Below the pieces are notes generated by a model. The model saw only the letters and a list, made by a program, of their open reading frames with translations. It was not told the DNA's origin and searched no databases. A program made the position numbers and the translations under genes. Below, piece after piece: positions 30,918 through 42,092 of a stretch of 64,000 bases of DNA. The stretch spans positions 2,496,001-2,560,000 of the forward strand of contig OY969695.1 of the NCBI GenBank assembly GCA_963701965.1, written 5' to 3'. Origin of the DNA: an uncultured Gemmatimonadales bacterium (GTDB taxonomy: Bacteria; Gemmatimonadota; Gemmatimonadetes; Gemmatimonadales; Gemmatimonadaceae). Every line of letters starts with the position of its first letter. The stretch's first letter is position 1.

Positions 30918-31793
30918 TTACCGCGTGGCGAGCCAGTCGGCGACCTTTTCGATGACGAGGTCCCGACCCGTGTCGACCGTGATGATATGGGCACCGTCGT
31001 CGACCCACACGATTTGCTTGTCCGCCGCGCCGAGGGTCGCGAACGCGGCGGTCGCGGCGGCCGACGCGATACGGTTGTCGTGATGGGACTGCACGACGAG
31101 GGTGGGCGCGCGAACGGCGGGCGCCGCCAGGGTGGCGGCGTCAACGACGGCGCGCAGCTCGCGCAGTAGCCGGGGGGTCGTGACGCCATAAGCGAGATTG
31201 CGGGCGGCCTCGGCGGGATCGCGGATCGAGCGTCCGCCACGGCCGCGCATATAACGCGTGAACACCGTGAGGAGCGGGGCTATCCGGCCGGCGAGTCGAA
31301 TGGTGCCGGGCATCGCGAGGTACGGGGCGATCAGCACGAGCGCCGGGAGATCCGGGGTTTCCGCCGCAAGGATCGTCGCCAGAGCTCCACCCATCGATAG
31401 GCCAAGGACCACGACGTGGTGGTGCTGGGCCCGAAGGCTGGCGTACTCGTGACGCACCGCGCCGATCCAGTCGGTGGCGCTCGAGCGGGCAAATGCGCTC
31501 AAGCTGCGGCCGTGGCCGGGCAGGAGCGGGGCGCGCACCGCCCACCCGGCCCGGGCGAGGGCCTGCGCTACGTACGCCAAGGTCTGCGGCGTATCCCCGA
31601 ACCCGTGGATCGCCAACACGGCCCCGCGTGGCGCGCCGGGAAGGGCGGGCAGATCAATGGTCCCGGCTCCCACGATGACGCCATCAGGACCGACGGGATG
31701 CCGGGCCCCAACCCACCGTTCAACCCGCCAGCCGATGATGGAGCGCCCGACGACCACCGCGGCGACGATGGCCGTGGCAATTGCCACGTACAT
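30918..31793 (-). CDS. Alpha/beta hydrolase (carboxylesterase / monoacylglycerol lipase-like)
   Basis: HGFG, LPGHG, GLSMGG nucleophile elbow, C-terminal Asp/His. Confidence 0.88.
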   Translation of the reverse strand: MYVAIATAIVAAVVVGRSIIGWRVERWVGARHPVGPDGVIVGAGTIDLPALPGAPRGAVLAIHGFGDTPQTLAYVAQALARAGWAVRAPLLPGHGRSLSAFARSSATDWIGAVRHEYASLRAQHHHVVVLGLSMGGALATILAAETPDLPALVLIAPYLAMPGTIRLAGRIAPLLTVFTRYMRGRGGRSIRDPAEAARNLAYGVTTPRLLRELRAVVDAATLAAPAVRAPTLVVQSHHDNRIASAAATAAFATLGAADKQIVWVDDGAHIITVDTGRDLVIEKVADWLATR

Positions 31794-31847
31794 ATCGCCG
31801 CCAAGTTATACGCCGCTGGTGCTACGCCGCAGGCTTACGCCGCGGGC

Positions 31848-32576
31848 TTACGCCGCGGGCATCCGGTCTTGCGGTCCACCGATATTGGCGGCGACGAGCG
31901 CGGGGGCCTCGCGGGTGCGCGCCAAGAGCTCGGACACCGAGGCGATGATGATCGCACCGGCCGAGCGCTCGGCGAGTCCGTCGGCTACGAGCTTGTTCAC
32001 GACGAGTGACACGGACTCGCGGGTGGCGCCGACCAACTCGCACAACACGCGGTGCTGCGCGGGGTCGAGGACCATGCTGCCGTCCGGAGCCATGAACATG
32101 CGCTGGCGCGCCATGCGCAGCAGCACGGACACGAGGCGCTGCTCGACGCTCAACGTGGCGAGCTCGCGCAGTTTGTCGAGCAGGCAAGCGTGCTCAGCCA
32201 TTATTTGCCCGAGCAACGCGAATGCTTGGGGAGGACGTTCGCGGACAAAGGCCCGGAATCGAGAGCCGCTCAGGTGCAGTGTCTCGCTCTCGTCGTCGGC
32301 GCGGGCGTCGGTGACGTATACAGCGCCGGGTCGGGCGCTGGCCGCGAGCCCCTCGGCGCCAAATGTTCCCCCGGCCGTGGCGACAGCCGGGATGAACCCT
32401 CGACCGGCCTTCACGCGGGTGCGAAGTACGACGCGGCCCCGGACCACGACGAAGAGGCCATCTGCTGCTGCACCACGCTGATAGATATCGAAACCCGCGG
32501 GCCACATCGCCCTGGCCCCATATCCGGCGACGGCGGCTAGCTCTTCGGCCGTCAGCCGAGCAGTCTCGTAGAGCAT
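31848..32576 (-). CDS. Crp/Fnr-family transcriptional regulator
   Basis: cNMP-binding-like domain, SVEQRL, HTH LCELVGATRESVS. Confidence 0.85.
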   Translation of the reverse strand: MLYETARLTAEELAAVAGYGARAMWPAGFDIYQRGAAADGLFVVVRGRVVLRTRVKAGRGFIPAVATAGGTFGAEGLAASARPGAVYVTDARADDESETLHLSGSRFRAFVRERPPQAFALLGQIMAEHACLLDKLRELATLSVEQRLVSVLLRMARQRMFMAPDGSMVLDPAQHRVLCELVGATRESVSLVVNKLVADGLAERSAGAIIIASVSELLARTREAPALVAANIGGPQDRMPAA

Positions 32577-32662
32577 AGGTAATCACCGGTGTAGCAATGT
32601 CTGGGCCGTCTGGACTTTACTGGACTTTAGCTGTCGAGCCAGCTTCCTTTCTTAGACAGGTT

Positions 32663-35325
32663 ATGGAGTCCACGCCCACGCAGCTCCGGCCTTCGTTTGC
32701 CTTGTTGGGCGCCGACGCCTTTCTCGCTGGGCGGCCGGCGACACCAGTGCAGTTGGCCCATGCTTGCCTGAAAGCCGGTTACAATGCGGCGGTGCCGGCG
32801 AGTTGGGGCGATGAGTTGATCGCCGAGCGGTGCATCGAGCGGTTGGCTTCGCGGACGCTCGGACCGGCGGTATTCTGTGCATGTTCTTATGTGCGCGACC
32901 GACTGCTGGCGCCGGGTCCGGACCTCGCGCCGTTCATGCTGTCGTTCGTGGCGCCACCCGTGGCCGCGGCGCGGTATCTGCGCCAGATCTACGCGGGACG
33001 GCCGATCGACATCACGTACGTCGGGGTGTGTCCGTCCGCCGACGACGAGTCGATCGATCGGCAGGTGGCGCCCAAGGCGTTTTTCGCCGAGCTGCGCGCG
33101 AAGGGGATCGTCCTCGCGCAGCAACCCACGGTGTTCAACTCGACGTTTGCGCCGGATCGGCGGCGGTGTCTGTCGCAGCCCGGTGGGCTCCCGACGCCTT
33201 CGCTGCTCGAGCGGCAGACGATCCCGCGCGATCTCGTGGAGATCGAGGGGTTCGAGTATGCGGCGGACTTGGCGCAGCATCTCATCCTGAATGAGCCGGT
33301 TCTCATAGATCTGGCTACGCGGTCGGGATGCGCGTGCAGCGGCGCGGCGATCGGCGTCACGCCGGCCGAGGCGCGGAACGGCGTGGTCGCCTTTGAGCCG
33401 CCCCGTTCGGCGCAGCCGATCGTGGAGCCCGACGTGCTCGTCGCCGTCGATCTGCCGATCACAGTTCCGGTGACGGACGACCGCGCGCCGATCGGCGACC
33501 GGCCCAAGAACGAGCGCGTGCCAATGGCGGATCGCGCGCCGGCCGAGCGGCTGGTGGCGGACCGCGCGCCGGAGCGCGCGTATCCCGCGGATCTGCCGGC
33601 GCCCCAGGATGACGCGCCCGGCGGGCGCGCGGCGCCGCGACCCGAGCCCGCCGTGCCGGCCGAGCGGGTGGTCGACGAGAACCCCGTGTTCGAGCGGCGC
33701 GGTGCCGAGCGCCGCACCGGTGACCGCCGGACGGCGGCGCAGCCGGCCGAGGACACTCAGGACTGGCCGGCGGATTGGTTGGCGACGGACGAGCTGGTGG
33801 CCCTTCCCGACCACCATGAGCCCTCACGGCCGCCGGCGCCCCGCGCGCCGTACGCCGAGACCCGACGCGAGGAGCGCCTCGACGCCCAGAGCGAAGAGCG
33901 CCTCCCGGTTTGGACCGAAGAGCACGTCGACGTCAGGAGCGGGCGCCGGCGCGAAGAGCGTCTCGAGGCCGAGACCGAAGAGCGCCTTCCCGTTTGGACC
34001 GAAGAGCACGTCGACGTCAGGAGCGAGCGCCGGCGCGAAGAGCGTCTCGAGGCCGAGACCGAAGAGCGCCTTCCCGTTTGGACCGAAGAGCACGTCGACG
34101 TCAGAAGCGAGCGCCGGCGCGAGCAGCGCCTCGAGGCCCACGCCGAAGAGCACATCGAAGTCAGGCGCGAAGATCGCCGCGAAGTCAGGCGCGAGCATCG
34201 CCGCGAAGTCGGACTCGAGGATCGCCGCGAAGTCGGGCGCGAAGACCGCGATGTCGGGCGCGAAGATCGCCGCGATGTCGGGCGCGAAGATCGCCGCATC
34301 AGGCGCAAGACCGCGGCGATGTCGGGCGCGAAGATCGCCGCAATGTCGGGCGCGAGGAGCGCCTCGAGGTTCGGTTCGATGAGCCGCGGGAGGCGCGGCC
34401 GTTCGACGCGACCTTCGACGTGCAGTTCGACAGTGCGTTCCGCTCGGCGTTCACCAGCGTGCCCGCACTTCCGATCGAACGCCAGGCGCCGACGTACGAG
34501 CTTCCCCCGGGAGTGGCCGACCGCGAAGTGGCGCTCGAAGTCTCGCGCCGCCGCCTGGCGGTGCCACGGGCCCGGAGCGCCGAAGGCCGGACATTGCCGC
34601 GCGCCTACGCGGTGCGCCGCGCGTTGACGCCGCCGACGGGCACGCCGATGATGCGCATCTCGCGCCGCAACTCCGCCGAGATCTCGCGTCCGGCGCCGGC
34701 GGCGCCAGTCGTCCCGGCCGACCTGCCGGCGCCCGCTCCGGCGCCGCGGCCGGCGCATCCGCCGGAGCCGTCGTACTACGCCACGATCCCCCTGACCGCG
34801 TTCGCCGCGAGCGGGGTGCTCTCAGCGGCGAGCCAGGGCGACACGGCTGTCACGCGCAAACGGTGGCAGCCCGACGCGATGCCATTGGCCACACTGCCGA
34901 TCGTGCCGAGCGACCGCGTGCCGAGCACGCCGGTCGCCCCGGGGACACCGGTCGCACCCGGCATGCGCGCGCCGAGCACGGAGCGCGTGGTGCCCGTCGC
35001 CACTTCGGTGGAGGCTCCGGTCCGTCGCCGCGCCCCGGCCACCAAACGGCGCGCCGCCGTCACGCCGCGCGGACTGGCCCGCCTCGGCTCGTGGCTCCGC
35101 CAGGTACGCCGCGCCTACATCATTGTCCTGATCGCGCTCGCGGCGTTGGCCACGATCGCGTCAGCCGCGATGCGCTACCTCGTCGGCGCCCCCGCGGTCG
35201 CCGCCGCCCAGCGCGCGCCGGCGCCCGCACCTCCGGACGCGGCGCCCACACCCGCTCCGACACCGAGCGCTGGGGTACCGGCGGATACCGTCACGGCCGC
35301 CGAGTACCCCCTCACCCAGTCGTAA
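32663..35325 (+). CDS. Large protein: Cys-containing N-domain resembling the [FeFe]-hydrogenase large-subunit C-terminal domain, repetitive charged linker, C-terminal TM; probable indel near 34306
   Basis: FCACSYVR, PPVAAARYLR, ITYVGVCP, GCAC. The two ORFs (32597-34627 and 33910-35325) join if one G is restored in a CGC-GAA-GAC repeat. Confidence 0.55.
33866..34350 (+). repeat. Intragenic tandem repeats: three 84-bp units (plus partial), then 21-24-bp REDRR units
   Basis: REERLEAETEERLPVWTEEHVDVRSERR recurs with an 84-nt period (for example 33902, 33986, 34070). Confidence 0.9.
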
Positions 35326-35326
35326 C

Positions 35327-37475
35327 TCAGCGCAACGCCACCGTCGCGTCGCCGAGCGCGTGCGCGGCGGCAATGAAATGCGAAGCGAGATCGGCGATCT
35401 CGGCGTCCGTGAGCGACCGATCCCCTGTCCGAATCGCCTCGACGATGGACGGGAACGTGACGTTCGCGTACCCGTTATCCTCGTCCGCCGCGTAGATGAG
35501 ATTCCGCATCCACGGCCGCGTCCGCAGTCCGTTCGGCCGCGTCAACGCCCGCTCGACGCGGAGCAACGCGGCATTCGCCTTCCCGAACGCCGCCTCCGGC
35601 TCCCCGCTCTTCGTCAACGCCGCATCCCGCGCGGCGTTGAACGCGTGCGCGGCGCGGTCGAGCGTGTCGATGGCGGCGTTGAGCGGATCCAGTGAGACGG
35701 TGATGCCCTTGACCGTGCCAGTCTTGGCCAGCGCCGGCATCAACGCCCGCATGCTCCGCGCATATTCCACGTAGTCGTACGGCAGGATGTCCGCGTTCGC
35801 CAGCCGCAAGATCAGCGCGGCACCGACGCGCGCCGAGGCCGCGTGGTGCACATAGCCCGGATCCCCGAAGCGCGTCATCCAGTTGTAGTCGTCGTACGCC
35901 GAGTGGTAGACACCGGTGGGACCACCGAAGCCCCATTCGAGGATGGGGATGCCGAGGTGGTTGTAGAACCCGGCGAAATCGGAGCCGCCGCCGGGATCAC
36001 CGAACGTGGGCCCCTGGCTGTCGCTCGCGGCCGCCCGGCGCCCGTTGTGGACCCACGAATCGTAGACGGAACCCGAGTCGGGCGCGGGCACCGGCACTTC
36101 CTTGGCGATTTCGCGCAGCGTCTCGCGGAGTGACGGCGAGCCGGCAGCGCCAAACTGCGAGCCGCCCGCGGCGACGTCCTGATTGAAGTAGGCGACCGCG
36201 CCGTGCAACAGGCGCAACGAATCGTCCTCGACGTATTCGGTGGAGCCGATCACCCCCCATTCCTCGGCGTCCCAGGTCGCGAACACGATGGTGCGCTTGG
36301 GCTTTTGCCCGGCGCGCACCTGCGCCGCGATCGTCCGCGCGACTTCAAGCACCGACGTGGTGCCGCTGATGTTGTCCGAGGTGCCGGGGCCCCACGCGTC
36401 GCGATGGCCGCCAATCAAGATCATTTCATCCGGATACGTCGTCCCGCGAATCACGCCGAACGTGTCCCAGATGGTCTTGTATGCCGCCGCACCCGTATCC
36501 ACGGTGGCGGCGACACGGGCCCGCACCGGGCCCGGGCCCACGTGATAGCGGAATCCGAGCCCACCCTGCCAGGCGGCGGGCATGGCCACGTCGCGCGCCA
36601 CGCACGAGCTGCCCGGCGCGGCCTCACACGGCGCGCCGCGATCCCGCAAGCCGCGCAGCAGTTGCTCGGCGTTGCCGTAGGAGAGCGGCACGACGGGGAT
36701 GCGGGGAATCGCCATTCTGGTCGACCGGAACGCGCTTCGCGCCACGGACGCTCGGGTATCCGGGCGTGCTCGGGTCGCCGTCCTCGTTCATGACACTACC
36801 GCGTTGCACGCCCTGCGGCGGGCGCATCGGACCGCCCGGGTACACATCGCCGCGCGTGAATCCGTCGTCGGCGGGATCACTGTAGATGAGGAGCGCGACC
36901 GCGCCGTGCTTTTCGGCTTCGCGGGCTTTGATGCCCCGATACGACCGGCCATAGCGGGCGACGACGACCTTGCCCGCCACGGAGATCCCGATGGAGTCGA
37001 GATGCGCGTAGTCCTCGATCAAGCCGTAGTTCACGTAGATGACGTCGCCGCTGGCGTTGCCGCCGGCGCCGTAGCCGTTGAATACGGGGATCTGTGGATA
37101 CGCGCTCGACGTCGAGTCGCCCGGCACCGGTCCTTCGACGAGCGGGAGCTCCATCGAGTCCGGCGACGTGCGCCAGACGTGCACGGACTTGGGGTATGGC
37201 ATGTAGACGTCGTAGGCGCGGACGGACGCCTCGATGCCGTACTGCTTGAGGCGCTCGATCACGTAGTCGCGCGTCTTCGCTTGCTCGGGCGAGCCGGCCA
37301 TGTGCGGCACGCGGGACAGCGTACGGGAGATCGTGTCGGCGATGGCGGGATTCGGTTCCGCGATGGCGCGGGTCTCCAGGCGCTGTTCCGCGGCGGCATC
37401 GGACGGCGTGTAGCCGGGCATCTGCGCCCGCGCCACTGACGCCGCCAGCATCAATACACTAAGCGCCCATCGCAT
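35327..37475 (-). CDS. M28 glutamate carboxypeptidase II-like peptidase (PA and TFR-dimer domains); probable 1-nt insertion near 36715
   Basis: Signal peptide, YVNYG..EDY, VQRGS, GDPSTPG in one frame. GGHRDAW, DNISG, WDAEEWG, GSDF and YHSAYD in the next. Confidence 0.9.
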
Positions 37476-38085
37476 CGCGCACCCCCGTGATCACGAATTG
37501 CACGGCGACTGCCGCGAGGAGCAACCCCATGAGCCGGGTCACGATGCGAATGCCGGTGCGGCCGAGCCTTGCCATCAGGCGATCTCCAAGTCGAAGTGAA
37601 AGCCAGCACGCGAACGCGGTGAGCGCGATCGAGGCGTAGAGCACGGCCGATTGCGCGACTCCGCGCGCCTGGCCGGCGAGCACCATCACGGTCGAGATGG
37701 CGCCCGGGCCGGCCAGCATCGGCACGGCCAGCGGCGTCAGCGCGACGTCTTCCTTCTCCTGCCCCTCGACGATCTCGGCCGGGGTTTCCTGCGTCGTGCG
37801 CTGGCCGCGCAGCATGTCCATCGCCACCAGCCACAGAATGAAACCGCCGGCGATCCGGAACGCGGGCAGCGTGATACCGAACAAGTCGAAGATGTAGCGG
37901 CCCGCGGCGGCGAACACCGCCAGCAGGATGGCGGCGGCCACGCACGCCCGCGCCGCCGTCCGCGCGCGCCGGTCCGGCGCCTGTTCGCTCGTGATCACGA
38001 GATACGCCGGAATCGCCGCGATGGGATCGACGATGAACAGGACCGACGTGAATGTGATGAGAGCGAACTGGAAATACGCGCGCAC
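37459..38085 (-). CDS. MarC-family membrane protein
   Basis: IVDP, FGITLPAFRIAGG, PLAVPMLAGPGAI, TRLMGLLL. Confidence 0.93.
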   Translation of the reverse strand: MRAYFQFALITFTSVLFIVDPIAAIPAYLVITSEQAPDRRARTAARACVAAAILLAVFAAAGRYIFDLFGITLPAFRIAGGFILWLVAMDMLRGQRTTQETPAEIVEGQEKEDVALTPLAVPMLAGPGAISTVMVLAGQARGVAQSAVLYASIALTAFACWLSLRLGDRLMARLGRTGIRIVTRLMGLLLAAVAVQFVITGVRDAMGA

Positions 38086-38235
38086 GCGGCAGGATAACCG
38101 ACCTGGGCGCCAGTCGGTAGCTCCGCGTCACACGGACACAGCCTGATCGTGTTATACCCGTGCCCCTGGGCAAATTGGACGACCCGGCGGTGGCATGCGA
38201 TCGATGCGGACGACGCGCAACATGCTGCCGATCCG

Positions 38236-39429
38236 CTACGCGTCGAGCTGACCGGCTTCGAGTCTGGCGAGCAGATCGAGCAGTCCGACGGCCTCCCACG
38301 ATTGATTGCGTTGCGAAGTCCCGAGGGGGGCGAGCACGCCGGCGTCTTGCAGCTGCCGCAACGCCTCGTAGATGGATGGCTTTGACCGGCTCGTTGCCGC
38401 GATGGCCACGGGCGCGGTGATCATGGGATGCGACGGGAGCACGTCAATGACCGCCCAAGCCGCCGCATCGGATCGCGGTGCCGACGGCGCATCCGCGAGT
38501 CGAGCGCGCCACCGGGCGCCGAGATCCTGTACGGCATTGAGGTAACTCAACGCCAGCCGCGACGCGCCGGTTGTCGCCGCGGCGAACTGCTCGATCCATT
38601 CGTTCGTCCCGTGCCCTCGGAATGCGGTAAGACCAGCGATATACCGGTCCCGCGCCGATGCCAAAAGCACGCTGATCGGTGGCACGTACGCGGGCGCCAC
38701 GCCGCGCCGGCGCAGGATCGCATGGATGAGGGCGCGGCCCGCGCGGCCATTGCCGTCGTGGAATGGGTGGATCGTCTCGAACTGCGCGTGGACCAAGGCT
38801 GCTTGGACGAGTGGTGGCAGCCGATCGTCGTTGATCGCGTCGCAGAGATCAGCCAGCAGCCTCGCGACGTGTTCGGGAGGCGGAGGGACGAAATCGGCCC
38901 CGCACGGGTTGTAGTCGTTGCCGCCGATCCAATTCTGCTCGGTCCGGATTTGCCCGGCAACGCGGGGCGATGCCTTGGCCATCAGCCGCTGATGGATCGC
39001 GATGATTTTGGTCACCGTGAAGGGCTCGGCAAGAGCCGCTTCATGAACTGCCAACTCCATGGCATCGATGTTCGCGAGGACTTCCTGCGCGGTGGGCCCG
39101 GCTTTCCTTCCCGCTTCCAGCCGGGCCTCCGCGCGCGCCAACTCGCGCACGCCGATTTGCATCCCCTCGATCTTCGAGGACGCGATGGACTCCGTACGGA
39201 GAAGCAACCGGGCGAGAGGGGTCAATGCCGGCCGCGCCTGATCGTTCAGGGTGCGAATGGCGGATTCAGCCTCGGATACCGCTCCGGCGACGTGAACGGG
39301 TATGTTCAGCGCCAAGTTCGAGAGCGGATCCGGGATAAAGGCCTCATAAGTACAAGCCTTCTTGTACTTTGCCGGCGCGTCGATCGCTGAGTCGTGTGGC
39401 CAGACCAACTTGACCTTGTGCCCCGCCAT
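38236..39429 (-). CDS. Fic-domain protein (class II, N-terminal inhibitory helix) with C-terminal HTH
   Basis: HPFHDGNGRAGR Fic motif, SSKIEG inhibitory motif, RTEQNWIG. Confidence 0.92.
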   Translation of the reverse strand: MAGHKVKLVWPHDSAIDAPAKYKKACTYEAFIPDPLSNLALNIPVHVAGAVSEAESAIRTLNDQARPALTPLARLLLRTESIASSKIEGMQIGVRELARAEARLEAGRKAGPTAQEVLANIDAMELAVHEAALAEPFTVTKIIAIHQRLMAKASPRVAGQIRTEQNWIGGNDYNPCGADFVPPPPEHVARLLADLCDAINDDRLPPLVQAALVHAQFETIHPFHDGNGRAGRALIHAILRRRGVAPAYVPPISVLLASARDRYIAGLTAFRGHGTNEWIEQFAAATTGASRLALSYLNAVQDLGARWRARLADAPSAPRSDAAAWAVIDVLPSHPMITAPVAIAATSRSKPSIYEALRQLQDAGVLAPLGTSQRNQSWEAVGLLDLLARLEAGQLDA

Positions 39430-39446
39430 CGGCCTCCCGTTGGGCT

Positions 39447-39517
39447 ATCCCTAACTAACCCGGCCTTCTTAGTTAGACTTACGACCCATCCCTAACTAAG
39501 CTACCGCCGCGAGTTAG
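39447..39517. promoter_or_regulatory. Two tandem palindromic sites CTAACTAA-N10-TTAGTTAG upstream of fic
   Basis: ATCCCTAACTAA at 39447 and 39488. Inverted halves TTAGTTAG (39469-76) and CGAGTTAG (39510-17). Confidence 0.6.
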
Positions 39518-39532
39518 CCCTACGAAAGGCCC

Positions 39533-40138
39533 CTACTCGTACTCCTCGAGCGCCGTGGCGATGGCCGAGCGGAGGCGCGCCTCGCGCGCGGGGCCCTCGG
39601 GGAGGTTGCCGGCGAGGCGCATCCATTGACGGACCATCTCGTCGGCCACGAACGCCGGCGATCGCCGCTGGAGGCCGAGGGCGGCGAGGGCCGTCTCGGC
39701 GAGGCGGCGGAGTGCGACCCGCGTCTCCGGATCCAGCGCCTCGAGCGTCGCCGGATCGCGCGGCACCGGCGGCGGCGTGCGGCGGCGGTTGCGGCGCGGG
39801 GCTTCGACGAGGGCGCGCAACGTCGCGAGGCGCACAATGAAGGCACCCGCGGTGTGCGCGTGCGCTTCGGCGATCACGCCCTGGCGGCGCAGCGCAGGCA
39901 AGAGGCGGGCGACCGCCTCGCGGACCACCGGGACGCCGCCAGGACTCCCCCGGCCGCGCCCGGTGATCACCAACACCTCCTCGCCCGGAAACGTGACCTG
40001 CCGCTCGCGCAGCCACGCCTCCGCCCGCCGGGCGGCGTCGTCGCCGCTCGGCAAGGCCAGCCGCAGGTTCAACGTCCGCGCCGGCCCGAACCGGGCCTCA
40101 TCGAACGCGCCTTGAACGCTACCGGGCGTCGGCGACAT
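39533..40138 (-). CDS. Smr-domain protein
   Basis: TLNLR...VLVITGRGRGSPGG...GAFIVRL Smr signature. Confidence 0.75.
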   Translation of the reverse strand: MSPTPGSVQGAFDEARFGPARTLNLRLALPSGDDAARRAEAWLRERQVTFPGEEVLVITGRGRGSPGGVPVVREAVARLLPALRRQGVIAEAHAHTAGAFIVRLATLRALVEAPRRNRRRTPPPVPRDPATLEALDPETRVALRRLAETALAALGLQRRSPAFVADEMVRQWMRLAGNLPEGPAREARLRSAIATALEEYE

Positions 40139-41735
40139 GCGTGGAACCCGCGCTCTCCGCGCGTAGCGCCTGGCGGAGCACATGCCCATCGAGCCGTTCC
40201 GACGGCGTCACGCCGAGCACGGACGCCAGCGTCGGCGCCATGTCGACCACGCGCGCGATCGTCGGGTACTGCCCCGGCTTGAACGGCGGCCCATAAAAGA
40301 GGATAGGCACGTGCGCATCGTAATCGTAGACCGACCCGTGCGACGCCGATCCCCCCGGCTCACCCCAATACCAGTACGGCTTGAGCGTGATGACCATCGC
40401 CGCCGGACTATCGTCGGGGAACATGTGGAACCACCGCCGCGCGACGAAGTCGCGCACCGTATCGCCCTGCGCGAGCGTCCGCACGAAATCCGCGCGCGCT
40501 ACGCCCGGCACCTTCTTCGCATTCGCCGCGAACGCCCGCATGAGCGAATCCGGATCCAGCCCGCCCGACTTGATCGCCCCCCGATCGAGATACAACACAC
40601 CCTCGGCGAATCGCCACGCCGTCGTGTCGACCCCGTGCCGCGGCAGCGCCTGCCGGATGTACTCGTTGAACCCCGCGAGATTCACATAGCCCGCGCCCGC
40701 GTTCGGGTATCGCCCCGAATGCACTTCGGGGAACGGCGCCACACCGTGGTCCGCCGTCAACGCGATCACCACCCGCGTCGAGTCCCGCAGCGTGAACAAC
40801 GTGTCGAGGAACGCGCCCAGATATTGATCCAGCCGCACGATCTGATCGTGCAGCTCCTTCGAGTCCGGGCCGTACCAATGCCCGATCGCGTCCGTCGTCG
40901 ACAAGGACACCGCCAACAAGTCCGGCTGCGGCCCCGTGCCCAACCGCATCGCGCGGAGCCCGCTCAACGCCACCTCGAGCGTGATCTGGTCCATCCACGG
41001 CGTCGTCGCCAACACCCGCGTCACCGTCGAGTCCTTCGGCATGCGATGCGGGAAGAGATAGTCCCGCCCGCCGCCCTCCACGATGTTGCTGTCCGGCTCC
41101 GGATACGCGCTGTCCGGTAACAACGGCTCCCACGACTTGCCAATGAACGACAGCGGAATGCGCTTGGCGTTGAACTCGCTGAGCCACGCCGGCAGCGTAT
41201 CCGCGTAATACGTGCTCGTCAGGAAGTTGCCGTTGGACGCGAACCACACGGCCATCTGATGCGCGCGCCCGAGCGGCAGGATCGCCGCGCGGTCCTTGCG
41301 CGAGACCGAAAGCGCGCGCGAGCGCCAGTCCTTGATGCGCATCCAATCGATCAGCGTGGACCCCCGAAAGCGGAACGGCGACGCGCCAGTGTCCGCCGCC
41401 CCCACGAGCGCCGCTTGATAGTCGAGCACGCCGGCCGCGTTCGCCACGATCCCGGTGTGCCGCGGAAAGCGGCCGGACAGGGTCGACGCATGACCCGGCG
41501 CCGTCTCCGTGATGGCGTGATCTTGAAACCCCTGCGTGAACACGGCGCCTCGGCGATATAACCGGCCGAGGCCGCCCGTGAGCTGCGGGAGAAAGCGCGT
41601 GAAGTAGTCGGCGCGCATCTGGTCGACCGTCAGAAACACGACCAGCGTGGGCGTGGGACCAGTCTGTGCCCCAGCCAACGTCGGGACCGCGAGCGCGGCA
41701 ACCGCCAACCAAAGCCTTCTCGACATGAGCGACAT
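40119..41735 (-). CDS. Alkaline phosphatase superfamily protein (PafA/NPP-like)
   Basis: Signal peptide, VDQMRADY, TETAPGHAS, TDAIGH, TADHG, SHGS. Confidence 0.92.
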   Translation of the reverse strand: MSLMSRRLWLAVAALAVPTLAGAQTGPTPTLVVFLTVDQMRADYFTRFLPQLTGGLGRLYRRGAVFTQGFQDHAITETAPGHASTLSGRFPRHTGIVANAAGVLDYQAALVGAADTGASPFRFRGSTLIDWMRIKDWRSRALSVSRKDRAAILPLGRAHQMAVWFASNGNFLTSTYYADTLPAWLSEFNAKRIPLSFIGKSWEPLLPDSAYPEPDSNIVEGGGRDYLFPHRMPKDSTVTRVLATTPWMDQITLEVALSGLRAMRLGTGPQPDLLAVSLSTTDAIGHWYGPDSKELHDQIVRLDQYLGAFLDTLFTLRDSTRVVIALTADHGVAPFPEVHSGRYPNAGAGYVNLAGFNEYIRQALPRHGVDTTAWRFAEGVLYLDRGAIKSGGLDPDSLMRAFAANAKKVPGVARADFVRTLAQGDTVRDFVARRWFHMFPDDSPAAMVITLKPYWYWGEPGGSASHGSVYDYDAHVPILFYGPPFKPGQYPTIARVVDMAPTLASVLGVTPSERLDGHVLRQALRAESAGSTHVADAR

Positions 41736-42092
41736 GCAGCGAGATCGAAAGGAGTGAGCGTAAACGGCGGCGGGCAATGGCGACCACCCAATGCCCATGA
41801 CCGCAGGGAAGGTACCCGCTCCGGATGCCTACACGGATGCCCCCCGCGCGTGGGTATCCAGTGTGCAACGATGAACGGAGGACGGGAGCGCCCGACCAAC
41901 GCGACCATTGTCCCCGACTTGGGACAACACGCGTGTTCTGCCGGGCACATCGCACCCGGCCACCAGATGAGCGCATCACGCTAACGCATGTGTTATCAAC
42001 GACTTAGTCGACCGACGCCAGCCCGGTGCCCACGGTACCGGCTGTGCGTATGATGGGCCTGCAGCTTGGCACAACGACCCCGCGGAGGACTG

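Noticed and set aside
33866..34350. CRISPR array
   Set aside because: The repeats are contiguous, in-frame coding units without unique spacers, and there are no cas genes.
41981..42007. CTAAC...TTATCAACGACTTAG as a dif or recombination site
   Set aside because: Single weak palindrome with a poor match to the XerC/XerD arms.
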